Notes: generated by a model not told the origin, from the sequence alone. Numbered from the stretch's first letter, positions 50,842 through 61,281 are shown. The stretch: 64,000 nt of DNA from Zoogloeaceae bacterium (GCA_031256795.1 JAIRPW010000013.1:21039-85038), one strand, 5' to 3'. Numbers and translations are program-made.

Positions 50842-50873
50842 ACCGCTGGGTTAAACCACTCCCCCACGCTTCC
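50833..50873 (-). pseudogene. 5' half of the original (split) tRNA-Ser(UGA)
   Basis: Minus strand: GGAAGCGTGGGGGAGTGGTTTAACCCAGCGGTCTTGAAAAC. Its anticodon-stem strand GCGGT pairs with ACCGC of the 48430-48485 half. Confidence 0.9.
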
Positions 50874-50886
50874 TCTTTCCTGGGCA

Positions 50887-50895
50887 ATTCTAGCA
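50887..50895 (-). promoter_or_regulatory. Extended -10 promoter of the tRNA-Ser locus
   Basis: TGCTAGAAT on the minus strand, 13 nt upstream of the tRNA 5' half. Confidence 0.55.
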
Positions 50896-50964
50896 CGCGC
50901 GGCAGTCTGTTTTTTTCAGAGCGCGGCGGGACGTCCTCTTTCCCGTTCTGGCCGCTTTTGCGGC

Positions 50965-52350
50965 TTATGCCGTAAAAAGCGCGATGGATTCTACATGCGC
51001 CGTGTGCGGGAACATATTCATTATTCCGGCGGCTTTGAGCGCGTAGCCCTTTTGCGACGTCAAAATTGCCGCGTCCCGCGCCAGCGTAGCGGGATTACAG
51101 GAAACATACACAATCCGCTCGGGGCGCGTTTCCGGCGGCAAACTCTTGACGACTTTCAGCGCGCCTTCACGCGGCGGATCAAGAATGAGTTTATTCGCGC
51201 GTCCAAAACCAAGCGTCAGTTCCCGCCAAAAATCTGGCGTTACGGTAAACAAATCCCGGCTCAGAAATTCCGCCCGCCCCTCCAGCTGATGCGCGCGCGC
51301 GTTTTCCCGCGCGCGCCCGGTAAGCGCGGGATTGCCCTCAATGCCCAATATTTTCGCGCCCTGCCCTGCCAGCGTTTTGGCGATCGGCAGCGTGAAATTT
51401 CCCAATCCGCAAAATAAATCAACGACGCGGTCCTGCGGGGAAAGTTCCAGTAAAGTCAGCGCGCGACGAATCAGCGCGCGGTTCATGGAATGATTGGCCT
51501 GCGTAAAATCTGTCGGACAAAACGTCATGCGCAAATTCTGTTCCGGAAGAAGATAGGCCAGTTCCTGATTTTTCTCCAAAGGCGGTTCAGGATGAAAAAG
51601 AGTTGCGGATTCAGGCCCGCCTTTTTGCAAATAAAGCAGCGTGTCCCATGTTTGGGCAAAAGCGCGGATTGCCATTTTGTCCGCCGCGCTTGCGGGTTTG
51701 AGAATACGCAATACCAGAGCCGCGCGCTCTTCGCCGACCGCGATTTCCACCTGCGGCAGACGATCCCGCACGGACAAGCCGCCAATCAGCTCGCGCAAAG
51801 GCGCGAGAAGCCGCGCCGCCAGCGGATGCAGCACCGGACAGACACGCACATCGGCGATATAACTGCTTTTGCGCGCGCGGAATCCCAAAAGCACAGCGTT
51901 CCGCACAAAACGCGCGCCCAGCCGCGCCCGATGGCGGTATCCCCAGGCTGGACCATGAATGGGCGTGAGCGGCGTTTCCGCCCTGACGCGGCCAACGTGC
52001 CAGAGCGTATCTTCCAGAATCCGCGCCTTGACCGCGACTTGCGCCGTCGCGTCCAGATGCTGCATGACGCAGCCGCCGCATACGCCAAAATGCGGGCAAC
52101 GTGCCGCGACACGCTGGAAAGAGGACGACAAAAGGGCGCGTAGACGCGCTTGTTCGTAGCGCGGTTTAACGCAAAAACTTTCGTACTCCACCCGTTCGCC
52201 CGGCAAAGCGTCTTCCACAAAAATGACCTTGCCTTTCGCGCGCGCGATTCCGCGCGCTTCGTGATCCAGCGCTTCAATCAGTCCAACTCCGATTTGCCGT
52301 TCCGGTGTTTTTTCCGCGGCGTCCTCTAAAGGCATCAACAAATCTTTCAT
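50965..52350 (-). CDS. rlmD: 23S rRNA m5U1939 methyltransferase
   Basis: TRAM domain, CPHFGVCGGCVMQH, DLFCGLGNF, LDPPREG, YVSCNPATLARD, MFPHTAHVES. Confidence 0.93.
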   Translation of the reverse strand: MKDLLMPLEDAAEKTPERQIGVGLIEALDHEARGIARAKGKVIFVEDALPGERVEYESFCVKPRYEQARLRALLSSSFQRVAARCPHFGVCGGCVMQHLDATAQVAVKARILEDTLWHVGRVRAETPLTPIHGPAWGYRHRARLGARFVRNAVLLGFRARKSSYIADVRVCPVLHPLAARLLAPLRELIGGLSVRDRLPQVEIAVGEERAALVLRILKPASAADKMAIRAFAQTWDTLLYLQKGGPESATLFHPEPPLEKNQELAYLLPEQNLRMTFCPTDFTQANHSMNRALIRRALTLLELSPQDRVVDLFCGLGNFTLPIAKTLAGQGAKILGIEGNPALTGRARENARAHQLEGRAEFLSRDLFTVTPDFWRELTLGFGRANKLILDPPREGALKVVKSLPPETRPERIVYVSCNPATLARDAAILTSQKGYALKAAGIMNMFPHTAHVESIALFTA

Positions 52351-52393
52351 AAAAGATTATGATTCTGGCAAACTCAAAATCAGAGATTGCCGT

Positions 52394-52870
52394 ATGAACG
52401 AGAACCTCATTGAATCTTGGGCGGAGCATTATGATGCTTTCACGCAGGTTTTGACAGGCGCGGAACGGCGGATCTGCGTTCTGGACGACGATTTGACGCG
52501 CCTTGGCCTGCACCAGCCTGAAAATGTGGAGATATTGCGCCTTCTTTTGCTGAATCATTTCGGGGTTTCCGTGCGTTTCGCGTTGCGCGACGCCTCTCAT
52601 TTACGGGAGACGCATCCGCGCCTGATGCCGCTTTTGCGTACCTACGGGCATTTATTCCATATTCGCGTGTTTCCTGATCTGTTTGCGGAAACGCGCGAGA
52701 GTTTTTTTCTCGCGGACTCGGAGCGAGCGCTGGTGCGCTTTGATTTGGAACTGCCGCGCGGCAAGCTGGTCTGGGACAACGCGCGGGAAGCCGCGCCGTA
52801 TCATTTGCGGTTTGAGGAAATTTGGGAAATGCCCGCGCAGATTTTTCTGCCGGATACATTGGGACTTTAA
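52394..52870 (+). CDS. Conserved hypothetical protein
   Basis: 158-aa globular ORF divergent from rlmD (RICVLDDDL, FFLADSE, FEEIWE); resembles a common proteobacterial hypothetical family. Confidence 0.65.
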   Translation: MNENLIESWAEHYDAFTQVLTGAERRICVLDDDLTRLGLHQPENVEILRLLLLNHFGVSVRFALRDASHLRETHPRLMPLLRTYGHLFHIRVFPDLFAETRESFFLADSERALVRFDLELPRGKLVWDNAREAAPYHLRFEEIWEMPAQIFLPDTLGL

Positions 52871-53028
52871 AAGAATTTATTTCAATGGCTTAAGACGCTG
52901 ATTTTATTTTTTTGGAATTCATTTTTTCCCGTTGCGGCAGTGCAACATTTTATTTTCATGGTTATAATCAGAATTGTCCGGTCTTCCGGTCAAGATTTTG
53001 TCAAGATTTTTTTATTAAGGGATCAAAC

Positions 53029-53286
53029 ATGAAGCATTCTTTCCTCGTTGCCAGTCTGCTGGCGTTTGCTGTTTCTGCCTGTACCGCTGAAGAAGCCGCT
53101 CCTCCTGAAGCCGCTCCGGAAACTCCTGCCGTAGTGGAACCCGCGCCTGAGCCGACTCCCGTTGCGGAAGAAGCCGCTCCGGCGGAAGAAGCCGCCCCGG
53201 CGGAAGAGGCCGCTCCGGCGGAAGAAGCCGCCCCGGCGGAAGAAGCCGCCCCGGCGGAAGCTGCCGCTCCGGCCGCCGCGCAGTAA
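53029..53286 (+). CDS. Small Ala/Glu/Pro-rich repeat lipoprotein
   Basis: MKHSFLVASLLAFAVSAC lipobox, AAGGGA RBS, AEEAAP repeats, followed by a terminator. Confidence 0.8.
   Translation: MKHSFLVASLLAFAVSACTAEEAAPPEAAPETPAVVEPAPEPTPVAEEAAPAEEAAPAEEAAPAEEAAPAEEAAPAEAAAPAAAQ
53164..53271 (+). repeat. Six tandem 18-bp coding repeats (AEEAAP)
   Basis: GCGGAAGAAGCCGC(T/C)CCG x6 with minor variants. Confidence 0.95.
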
Positions 53287-53323
53287 ACGACTTCAAATTC
53301 GGCAACCTTACGGAAATTTTCGT

Positions 53324-53356
53324 AAAAAAAGCAGCGTGTTCACACGCTGCTTTTTT
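53324..53356. terminator. Bidirectional intrinsic terminator
   Basis: AAAAAAAGCAGCGTG-ttca-CACGCTGCTTTTTT between convergent genes. Confidence 0.9.
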
Positions 53357-53426
53357 ATTTCCGGTGTATTTTTCCTTGCCGCGCTCCGCGAGAAGCGGCA
53401 TGGCGGCAAACGCGCCCGCTCCTCTT

Positions 53427-54575
53427 TTAGCGAAGCTGCTCAAAGAGCAGTTTCAGAATTTTCTTCGCGGTTTCTGATGTATCCACGCCGCCTTCCGCTG
53501 AACGGATTTGGATCAGGGTGCGATCATTGGCCGCGCGCAGGTAAACACGGTATTGCGCCTGCGGAGTTTCCTGTTTTTTGCCCCAGAACGTTAGACGAGA
53601 CAAAAAGCCGCCGTCTTTCTTTTGCGTTTCCGCTTCTGGATCAACATAACGCACAAAATATATTCCGCGGCTGCGATCTCGGTCCTCTACGGTAAATCCA
53701 ACACGATCCAGCGCCAGTCCCACGCGCCGCCAGACACGGTCAAAGCGCTCTTCCACTTCCAATAAATTTGCGCCTTCCTGGTTGGCGAGCGTTGCCCGTT
53801 CTTCCGTTGGCGCGGCGGCAATGGCCGCTTCAGCGCGGCGCTCGTCGCTGCCCAGACGCAGCATCAGGCGACGCAGCATTTCCGCTTCCAGGCCAGGATC
53901 AGAAGGCGCGGGCTGCCAGCGGGTTTCACTTTTATTCGCGGAAGAATACACCTCTTCCAAACGCCGGTGGCTGATGAAAATATCCGTGGTTCCCTGCTCT
54001 TCGCCAGGCTCAAACCGGGTGCGGAATTTATCGCGCTCCCCGGTGGAATACAGCGAATCAAACAAGCGGCCTATGGTATTGCGAATGAAATCCTGCGGGA
54101 TATTGGCTCGGTTTTCCGCCCAGTCCGTTTCCATGATGCCCGCTTCCGGGGCTTCCGTCGCAATGATGAAGCCCATTTCCTGCCAGAAATCCTTGACCGA
54201 ATTCCAAAGGTTTTCACTGGGTATTCGCGCGACCAGCCAGCGCTGATTGCTGTCGCGCACGATGCTCAAATTGGCAATGTCCGGAAGCACGGTGGAATTT
54301 TGCGCCAGCGCGACCGGATCGCGCTCAGCGGTGTATTCACTGAAACTCGCTCCGCCTTTTCCGGAAAAATCCGGAACCGCGAACCGATCGTCGCGGGAAA
54401 GCTGCGTTAAGTCTGGGGGCACTTCCAGCGTAGGCACACGGCGGCTCGCGGATTTGTAATCAATTTTCTTGGTTTCGGGGATCAAATCGGCGCATGCGGA
54501 AAGCGTCAGAGCCAGGGCTGCCGCCGTCACGGACGCAGAACGACAAGAAGAGGATAAAAGTGAGTTTCGACGCAT
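53427..54575 (-). CDS. bamC: Outer-membrane assembly lipoprotein BamC
   Basis: Lipobox LSAC, LEVPPDL, GIMETDWAENRA, GLALDRVGFTVEDRDRS; downstream of dapA. Confidence 0.9.
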   Translation of the reverse strand: MRRNSLLSSSCRSASVTAAALALTLSACADLIPETKKIDYKSASRRVPTLEVPPDLTQLSRDDRFAVPDFSGKGGASFSEYTAERDPVALAQNSTVLPDIANLSIVRDSNQRWLVARIPSENLWNSVKDFWQEMGFIIATEAPEAGIMETDWAENRANIPQDFIRNTIGRLFDSLYSTGERDKFRTRFEPGEEQGTTDIFISHRRLEEVYSSANKSETRWQPAPSDPGLEAEMLRRLMLRLGSDERRAEAAIAAAPTEERATLANQEGANLLEVEERFDRVWRRVGLALDRVGFTVEDRDRSRGIYFVRYVDPEAETQKKDGGFLSRLTFWGKKQETPQAQYRVYLRAANDRTLIQIRSAEGGVDTSETAKKILKLLFEQLR

Positions 54576-54594
54576 GACGTGCCGCGCTCCTCGT

Positions 54595-55497
54595 TCAGAT
54601 TGCAAGAGTTTGAATGCCCGCCTGCCGCAAGGCTGCGGTGACTTTGGCTTGATTGGAAACGGAGAGCGGCGTGAGCGGCAAACGAATGCCGCCCTCAATC
54701 AGTCCTATTTGCTGCGCCGCCCACTTTACGGGGATAGGATTGGCTTCGCAGAATAAATCACGATGCAGACCGTTCAGGCGGAAATGCAGTTCCCGCGCGT
54801 CCGCGAGGTTTCCGGCGCGCGCGGCGGCGCACATTTTGCGCATCATGCGCGGCGCGATGTTGGCCGTGACGGAGATTACGCCGTGAAATCCCATAAAAAG
54901 ACTGGCCAGAGCCGTAGCGTCGTCCCCGCTGTAGAGCGCGAATTCTTTTTTGTCCGCGAGATCGCGGACGCCCTCCACAAGGTCGCAGGCGCGCGCGATA
55001 TTGCCGGTCGCGTCCTTGAGGCCGATCACATTGGGCAATTGCGCCAGGCGCAACGCGGTTTCGTTGGACATGTCCGCGCCGGTGCGCCCCGGCACGTTAT
55101 AGAGAATGAGGCCAATATCTGTTTTGTCCGCGATGGTTGCGAAGTGCCGGTAAATCCCTTCCTGGCCAGGTTTGTTGTAATAAGGCACGACGGAAAGTGT
55201 AGCGGAAGCGCCCGCGCTTTTGGCGAAGCGGGCAAGCGCAATGGCTTCATCGGTTGCGTTCGCGCCCGTGCCGGCAATAACCGGAATGCGTCCTGCCGCG
55301 TATTCCACGCAGCGCGCGATGAGCGCGTGATGCTCTTCCGTATTGACGGTAGGGGATTCTCCGGTTGTGCCAACAATCACAATGGCGTCGCTTTGCTCCG
55401 TCACATGAAACTCAACCAGACGCCGCAGGGCGGGAAAATCCAGTTTGCCGTCCGGAAGCATGGGCGTAACGAGCGCGACAAGGGAGCCGTAAATCAT
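54595..55497 (-). CDS. dapA: 4-hydroxy-tetrahydrodipicolinate synthase
   Basis: GTTGES, PYYNKP, LYNVPGRT, GLKDATG, EANPIPVK. Confidence 0.96.
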   Translation of the reverse strand: MIYGSLVALVTPMLPDGKLDFPALRRLVEFHVTEQSDAIVIVGTTGESPTVNTEEHHALIARCVEYAAGRIPVIAGTGANATDEAIALARFAKSAGASATLSVVPYYNKPGQEGIYRHFATIADKTDIGLILYNVPGRTGADMSNETALRLAQLPNVIGLKDATGNIARACDLVEGVRDLADKKEFALYSGDDATALASLFMGFHGVISVTANIAPRMMRKMCAAARAGNLADARELHFRLNGLHRDLFCEANPIPVKWAAQQIGLIEGGIRLPLTPLSVSNQAKVTAALRQAGIQTLAI

Positions 55498-55616
55498 AAG
55501 GAGGAATAGGGCGCGTAAAAATTAAAGGAGAATTGTACCTGAATGTCCCGCAGGGAAACTTCCTGCGCGAGCGAGTATAATCCAGAAATTTTTCGGTTCA
55601 TCTGGTTTCCTTGTCC

Positions 55617-56579
55617 ATGCGGGTTTTTCGCGGCTTTCATCGTCCTGTATCCCGGCGTCCCGCCGTCGTGTCCATCGGGAATTTTGACGGGGTGCATCGC
55701 GGGCACGCGGCGCTGATCGCCGAGCTTGTCTCCGCCGCGCGCCTGACGGATCGCGCGGCGGTTGTCATGACGTTTGAGCCGCATCCGCGCGAGTTTTTTT
55801 CCCCCTCTGCCGCGCCCGCGCGGCTTTCTACCTTGCGGGAAAAGCTGATCGCTCTCTTCGCCTTGGGCGTGGACGAAGTCTCTGTGGTGCATTTTAACGC
55901 GGCATTTGCCGGTTATTCCATGAGTCGCTTTGCCGAGGAAGTTTTGCGCGACGGATTGAAGGCCAAAGAGGTGCGCGTCGGCCATGATTTTCGCTTTGGC
56001 GCGGAGCGCGCGGGCGATTGCGAAAGTCTGGCGCGGGAAGGGGAACGGCTGGGATTTTCTGTGCGCGCCATTCCCAAGATTTGCCTGTCGGATGTGCGCG
56101 TTTCCAGTTCGGCTGTGCGCGCCGCGCTCAAGGCGGGAGACCTTGCCTGGGCGGAAACCTTGCTGGGGCGTCCGTACAGCGTGTCTGGCCGCGTTGGGCG
56201 CGGGCAGCGGCTGGGGCGGTCGCTGGGTTTTGCTACGGCCAATATTGTTTTGCGCCATATTCCTCTGCCGCTTTCCGGCGTGTTTGTCGCGCTGGTTCGG
56301 CTGCCGGACGGATCCTTGCGGGAGGCGGTTGTCAATGTAGGGGTGCGCCCGACTCTGGGCGCGGCGGCGCGCCCTTTGCTGGAAGCGCATCTTATTGATT
56401 TTCAGGGCGATCTTTATGGCGTCTTGCTCACGGTTGAATTTATTCAAAAACTCCGCGAGGAAATGAAATTTTCCGATTTGGCCGCGCTCAAGGCGCGGAT
56501 TGCTCAAGATGTTTGTCACGCGCGGGATTTTTTTGCCGCGAAGCGTTATTTACCAACCCAGGACGCCTGCAGGCCATGA
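55617..56579 (+). CDS. ribF: Bifunctional riboflavin kinase / FAD synthetase
   Basis: [36 protein letters not shown]. Confidence 0.95.
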   Translation: MRVFRGFHRPVSRRPAVVSIGNFDGVHRGHAALIAELVSAARLTDRAAVVMTFEPHPREFFSPSAAPARLSTLREKLIALFALGVDEVSVVHFNAAFAGYSMSRFAEEVLRDGLKAKEVRVGHDFRFGAERAGDCESLAREGERLGFSVRAIPKICLSDVRVSSSAVRAALKAGDLAWAETLLGRPYSVSGRVGRGQRLGRSLGFATANIVLRHIPLPLSGVFVALVRLPDGSLREAVVNVGVRPTLGAAARPLLEAHLIDFQGDLYGVLLTVEFIQKLREEMKFSDLAALKARIAQDVCHARDFFAAKRYLPTQDACRP

Positions 56580-59371
56580 CCGATTACAAAAAAACCCTGA
56601 ATATGCCCGATACAACGTTTCCTATGCGCGGCGAGCTGCCGAAGCGCGAGCCTGCCTGGGTTGCCGACTGGCAGAAAAAAGACCTGTACGGGAAAATCCG
56701 CGCGGTTTCTGCGGGGCGTCCCCGGTTCATTCTGCATGACGGTCCGCCCTACGCGAACGGCAAGCTGCATTTGGGACACGCGCTCAACAAAATCCTGAAA
56801 GACGTCATTGTGCGCTCGAAAACTCTGGCGGGATTCGACGCTCCGTATGTGCCCGGCTGGGATTGCCATGGGCTGCCTATTGAACACAAGATAGAGGTCG
56901 CGCACGGAAAAGAGCTTTCGGCGGACCGGGTGCGCGAGTTGTGCCGCGCGTATGCCGCCGAGCAGGTGGAATTACAGAAGGCGGACTTTATTCGCCTAGG
57001 CGTTTTGGGAGACTGGGCGAATCCGTATCTGACCATGCGGTATGTCAATGAGGCGAATGAAATCCGCGCCCTGGCGGAGATCGTTCGGCGCGGTTATGTC
57101 TTTAATGGCCTGAAGCCGGTAAATTGGTGTTTTGACTGCGGCTCCGCTCTTGCGGAAGCGGAGGTTGAGTACGCCGACAAGTCTTCTGCGGCCATTGACG
57201 TCGCCTTTCCGCTGGATCCTGACCATGTCGCCGCGCTGGCAAAGGCTTTCGGGCTTTCCGCGATCGGCAAACCGGCTGCGGCGGTGATTTGGACGACTAC
57301 GCCCTGGACGATCCCGCTCAATCAGGCGCTGAACGTGCATCCTGATCTGGAATACGCGCTTGTGGATGTTGGCGCGCGTCTATTGGTACTGGCGCGCGAT
57401 CTTGCCGAAACGGCGCTTGCGCGCTATGGCTTTGCGGGGAAAATGATTGCCGGTACGAAAGGCGCGGCGCTGTCGGGGATCGTGTTCCGGCATCCTTTCT
57501 ATGATCGTTTGTCGCCGGTGTATCCCGCCGCGTATGTTGGGAGCGATACGGGTACGGGCGTGGTGCATTCCGCGCCGGCGCATGGCGTGGAGGACTTCAA
57601 TACCTGGATTGCCGCCGGAAGGCGGCGGGAAGAAATTTTGTCTTTCGTGCAGGGAGACGGCTCTTACGCGGCGGATATGCCGTTTTTTGGCGGCATGAAT
57701 CTCTGGAAAGCCAATTCCGCCATTATCGGCAAATTGGCGGAAGTGGGCGCTCTGCTTTCGCAAGACAGGATTACGCATAGCTACATGCACTGCTGGCGGC
57801 ACAAAACGCCGCTGATTTACCGCGCCACGCGGCAGTGGTTTATTGGCATGGACAATCGGGCGGCGGATGGTTCCACGCTGCGTGAGCGCGCTTTGCGGGG
57901 GGTGGAAGAAACCGCTTTTTTCCCGGCCTGGGGGCAGGCGCGCCTGCGCGCGATGATCGCCGGCCGCCCTGACTGGTGTATTTCTCGCCAGCGGCATTGG
58001 GGAGTGCCGATTCCGTTTTTCCTGCACAAAAAAACCGGGGATCTGCATCCGCGCACGGCAGAATTGATGGAAACCGTGGCGCGGAAGGTGGAAAAAGAAG
58101 GGGTGGAGGCCTGGTTTAGGCTGGACGCGACCGAACTGCTGGGCGAGGAAGAAGCGGCGCAGTACGAGAAAATCCGCGATACGCTGGACGTGTGGTTCGA
58201 TTCTGGAACGACGCATTGGCACGTGTTGCGCGGCTCGCATCCGTGCGCGCACAAGACGGGGCCGGCGGCGGACCTGTATCTTGAAGGATCTGACCAGCAC
58301 CGCGGCTGGTTTCATTCCTCGCTGCTCGCGGGCGCGGCCATGGACGGACGTCCGCCCTACCGCGCTTTGCTGACCCACGGATTTACGGTGGACGGGCAAG
58401 GGCGAAAAATGAGCAAATCGCTGAATAACGTTGTTTCGCCGCAGGAGATTTCGGATAAATACGGCGCGGAAATTCTGCGTCTTTGGGTAGCCTCGACGGA
58501 CTATTCCGGTGAATTGGCGCTTTCCGATGAGATCTTGAAGCGCGTGATAGAGGCGTACCGCCGCATTCGGAATACGCTGCGCTTTCTGTTGGCCAATCTC
58601 GCGGATTTCGACGCGAAAACCGATCTTTTGCCGCCGGAAAAATGGCTGGAAATTGATCGCTACGCGCTGGCGTTTACCCGTCGTTTTCAGGCGGGGATAA
58701 TCGAGGACTACGCGCGTTATGAGTTTCACCGTGTGGCGCAGTCTTTGCAGACATTTTGTTCGGAGGACCTGGGCGCTTTCTATCTGGATGTGCTGAAGGA
58801 CCGGCTTTACACGACGGCGGAGAATTCCCGCGCCCGCCGTTCTGCCCAGAGCGCGCTTTGGCATATTACCCAGGCGTTGACTCGGCTGATGGCGCCGGTG
58901 CTGGCCTTTACCGCAGAGGAGGTATGGCAGACCCTTACGGGGGACGCGCAGGATTCCGTGATGCTGCAAGTTTGGCATGAGCTTCCCGCCGCGCCGGATG
59001 AGGAGGTTTTGCTGGCGCGCTGGGCGCAAATTCTTGCGGCGCGCGCCGAAGTGCAAAGGGCGCTGGAAGCGGTGCGCGAGGAAGGAAAAATCGGCGCTTC
59101 CTTGCAGGCGCGGGTATCGCTTTTTGCGGAGGGCGAGCGTTATGCCGCGCTCGCCGCGCTGGGTGAGGATTTGAAATTCGTTTTTATTACTTCCGCCGCG
59201 CGGGTGACGGAAGGCAGCGGCGCTTTGTCTGTCCTGCCCGCGCCGGGGAAGAAATGCGGACGTTGCTGGCATGTGCGCGAGGACGTCGGCCAGAGTGCGG
59301 AGCATCCTGAACTTTGCGGGCGCTGCGTGGAGAATCTGTTTGGCGCGGGAGAGGCGCGGATGTATGCCTGA
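56576..59371 (+). CDS. ileS: Isoleucyl-tRNA synthetase (type 1)
   Basis: [18 protein letters not shown]-terminal Zn finger CGRCW...CGRC. Confidence 0.97.
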   Translation: MTDYKKTLNMPDTTFPMRGELPKREPAWVADWQKKDLYGKIRAVSAGRPRFILHDGPPYANGKLHLGHALNKILKDVIVRSKTLAGFDAPYVPGWDCHGLPIEHKIEVAHGKELSADRVRELCRAYAAEQVELQKADFIRLGVLGDWANPYLTMRYVNEANEIRALAEIVRRGYVFNGLKPVNWCFDCGSALAEAEVEYADKSSAAIDVAFPLDPDHVAALAKAFGLSAIGKPAAAVIWTTTPWTIPLNQALNVHPDLEYALVDVGARLLVLARDLAETALARYGFAGKMIAGTKGAALSGIVFRHPFYDRLSPVYPAAYVGSDTGTGVVHSAPAHGVEDFNTWIAAGRRREEILSFVQGDGSYAADMPFFGGMNLWKANSAIIGKLAEVGALLSQDRITHSYMHCWRHKTPLIYRATRQWFIGMDNRAADGSTLRERALRGVEETAFFPAWGQARLRAMIAGRPDWCISRQRHWGVPIPFFLHKKTGDLHPRTAELMETVARKVEKEGVEAWFRLDATELLGEEEAAQYEKIRDTLDVWFDSGTTHWHVLRGSHPCAHKTGPAADLYLEGSDQHRGWFHSSLLAGAAMDGRPPYRALLTHGFTVDGQGRKMSKSLNNVVSPQEISDKYGAEILRLWVASTDYSGELALSDEILKRVIEAYRRIRNTLRFLLANLADFDAKTDLLPPEKWLEIDRYALAFTRRFQAGIIEDYARYEFHRVAQSLQTFCSEDLGAFYLDVLKDRLYTTAENSRARRSAQSALWHITQALTRLMAPVLAFTAEEVWQTLTGDAQDSVMLQVWHELPAAPDEEVLLARWAQILAARAEVQRALEAVREEGKIGASLQARVSLFAEGERYAALAALGEDLKFVFITSAARVTEGSGALSVLPAPGKKCGRCWHVREDVGQSAEHPELCGRCVENLFGAGEARMYA

Positions 59372-59882
59372 GGATTTTGTTTCTTTGCGAAAACGCGCGG
59401 CGTTTGCCCGCTGGCTGCTGCTGGCGGCTGGAATTGCCGCGCTGGATCAGTGGAGCAAGGGCGCGATTCTCGCGCGGTTTTTTTACGGCGAGCGGGTGGT
59501 TGTCACGGAATTTTTTAATCTGGTGCTGGTGTGGAATCCGGGCGCGTCTTTTAGTCTGCTGGCGGGCGCGGGGGGATGGCAGCGTTGGTTTTTCATCGCG
59601 CTTGCCGTCCTGGTTTCTCTTTGGATTCTGCGCGTATTGTGGGCGACGCCGGAAAGGCGCTTGCAGAGCGCGGCGTTATCCGCGATTTTGGGCGGCGCGC
59701 TGGGCAATGTGATGGATCGTTTTCGCCACGGCGCGGTGGTTGACTTTCTGGACGTGCATTTGGCGGACTGGCACTGGCCGGCATTCAACGTAGCGGATTG
59801 CGCCGTGACTCTGGGGGCGGCGCTTTTTATTCTTTGCGCCTGGCGAGAGGACGGCGCGGAACGGAACGGCAATGTCTCCTGA
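59364..59882 (+). CDS. lspA: Lipoprotein signal peptidase II
   Basis: [29 protein letters not shown]. Confidence 0.95.
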   Translation: MPEDFVSLRKRAAFARWLLLAAGIAALDQWSKGAILARFFYGERVVVTEFFNLVLVWNPGASFSLLAGAGGWQRWFFIALAVLVSLWILRVLWATPERRLQSAALSAILGGALGNVMDRFRHGAVVDFLDVHLADWHWPAFNVADCAVTLGAALFILCAWREDGAERNGNVS

Positions 59883-60336
59883 CACGGACGCCGCTTTGCC
59901 AAGGACGGTGCGTTCCGACAGCTTCCTGACCTTGCATTATCAATTGGCGCGGCAGGAAACGGGGGAAATCTTCGTGTCGACTTTTGGGTTTTCTCCCGCC
60001 ACTTTGCAGATGGGCAGCGGACAATTGGCGGAGGGTTTGGAGCGTTGTCTGCTGGGGTTGGCCGAAGGCGCGAAAGAATCCTTTACGCTTCCGCCGGAGG
60101 CGGCGTTTGGCGCGGTGAATCCGCGTTTGCTGGAATGGGTCGCGCTTTCCGCCTTGCCCGCCGAATTGCTGCCTACCCTGCGGGAAAACGCGCTGGTGGA
60201 ATTTACCGCGCCGGAAGGCCAGAAGTTTTCCGGGTTTTTGCGCGAGCGTTCCGATACCCGCGCGCTGTTTGATTTCAATCATCCTCTGGCGGGGCGGCGC
60301 GTGCGTTTCGAGGTAGAGATCGTCGCCATCCTCTGA
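59872..60336 (+). CDS. fkpB: FKBP-type peptidyl-prolyl isomerase (SlpA)
   Basis: LTLHYQL, PEAAFG, DFNHPLAG; sits between lspA and ispH. Confidence 0.9.
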   Translation: MSPDTDAALPRTVRSDSFLTLHYQLARQETGEIFVSTFGFSPATLQMGSGQLAEGLERCLLGLAEGAKESFTLPPEAAFGAVNPRLLEWVALSALPAELLPTLRENALVEFTAPEGQKFSGFLRERSDTRALFDFNHPLAGRRVRFEVEIVAIL

Positions 60337-60345
60337 AAGGCTTTT

Positions 60346-61281
60346 GTGGATATTCTGCTTGCCAATCCGCGCGGTTTTTGCGCGGGAGTTACGCGCGCCA
60401 TCACGATTGTGGAACACGCGCTGAAAAAATATGGAGCGCCGATTTATGTGCGGCATGAGGTTGTGCATAACCGCTTTGTCTGCGACGCCTTGCGCGCCCA
60501 GGGCGCGGTATTTATTGATCAGCTTTCGGAAGCCCCGGAAGGCAGCGTGCTTGTTTTCAGCGCGCATGGCGTTTCCAGGGCGGTGCGCGAAAAAGCGGCG
60601 GCGCGCAAATTCAGGGTGCTGGACGCGACTTGTCCTTTGGTAACCAAGGTGCATTCGGAAGTAGGGAAAATGCGCGGACAGGGGCGAGAGGTTGTGATGA
60701 TTGGCCATCGCGGGCATCCAGAAGTGGAAGGCACGATGGGACAGAGCGAGACGGGGATTTATCTTGTCGAAAAGGCCGCAGACGTGGAGACGCTGCGGAT
60801 CGCGGACGCGGAACGTTTGTCTTTTGTCACGCAAACGACTTTGTCTATTGATGAGGCGCGGGAAACGGTGGCCGCGTTGCGCCGACGTTTTCCTTCCATC
60901 GTCGGCCCCGCGAAGAACGATATTTGTTACGCGACACAGAACCGGCAGGACGCGGTCAAAGAGCTGACGGCGCGTTGCGACGTGGTCATTGTGGTGGGAT
61001 CGCCGAAGAGTTCCAATTCCAGAAGACTGCGGGAAGTGGCGGCAAGCATACGGCGCGAGGCGTATCTGGTGGATTGCGCGGATGAATTGAATCCGTCCTG
61101 GTTTTTGGGCGCGCGGCGCGTGGGCGTGACGGCGGGCGCGTCCGCGCCGGAAGCGCTGGTGGCGCGGGTGATCGAGCGGATGAAGGAAATAGCGCGGCCA
61201 GAGACCGTCGCGATAGAGGAATTGTCCGGGGCGGAAGAGCGCATTACTTTTGCCCTGCCCCGCGAATTGCAGGAAGAATGA
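60346..61281 (+). CDS. ispH: HMBPP reductase
   Basis: [39 protein letters not shown]. Confidence 0.96.
   Translation: MDILLANPRGFCAGVTRAITIVEHALKKYGAPIYVRHEVVHNRFVCDALRAQGAVFIDQLSEAPEGSVLVFSAHGVSRAVREKAAARKFRVLDATCPLVTKVHSEVGKMRGQGREVVMIGHRGHPEVEGTMGQSETGIYLVEKAADVETLRIADAERLSFVTQTTLSIDEARETVAALRRRFPSIVGPAKNDICYATQNRQDAVKELTARCDVVIVVGSPKSSNSRRLREVAASIRREAYLVDCADELNPSWFLGARRVGVTAGASAPEALVARVIERMKEIARPETVAIEELSGAEERITFALPRELQEE

Noticed and set aside
53164-53271. CRISPR-like array
   Set aside because: Contiguous in-frame 18-bp coding repeats without unique spacers; no cas genes in the window.
57380-59305. 641-aa antisense ORF over ileS, plus other long shadow ORFs (59827-61284, 30841-31935, 788-1969)
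   Set aside because: Antisense or alternate-frame ORFs are expected in GC-rich DNA; they are Arg/Ala/Pro-rich, motif-free and fully overlap well-supported genes.
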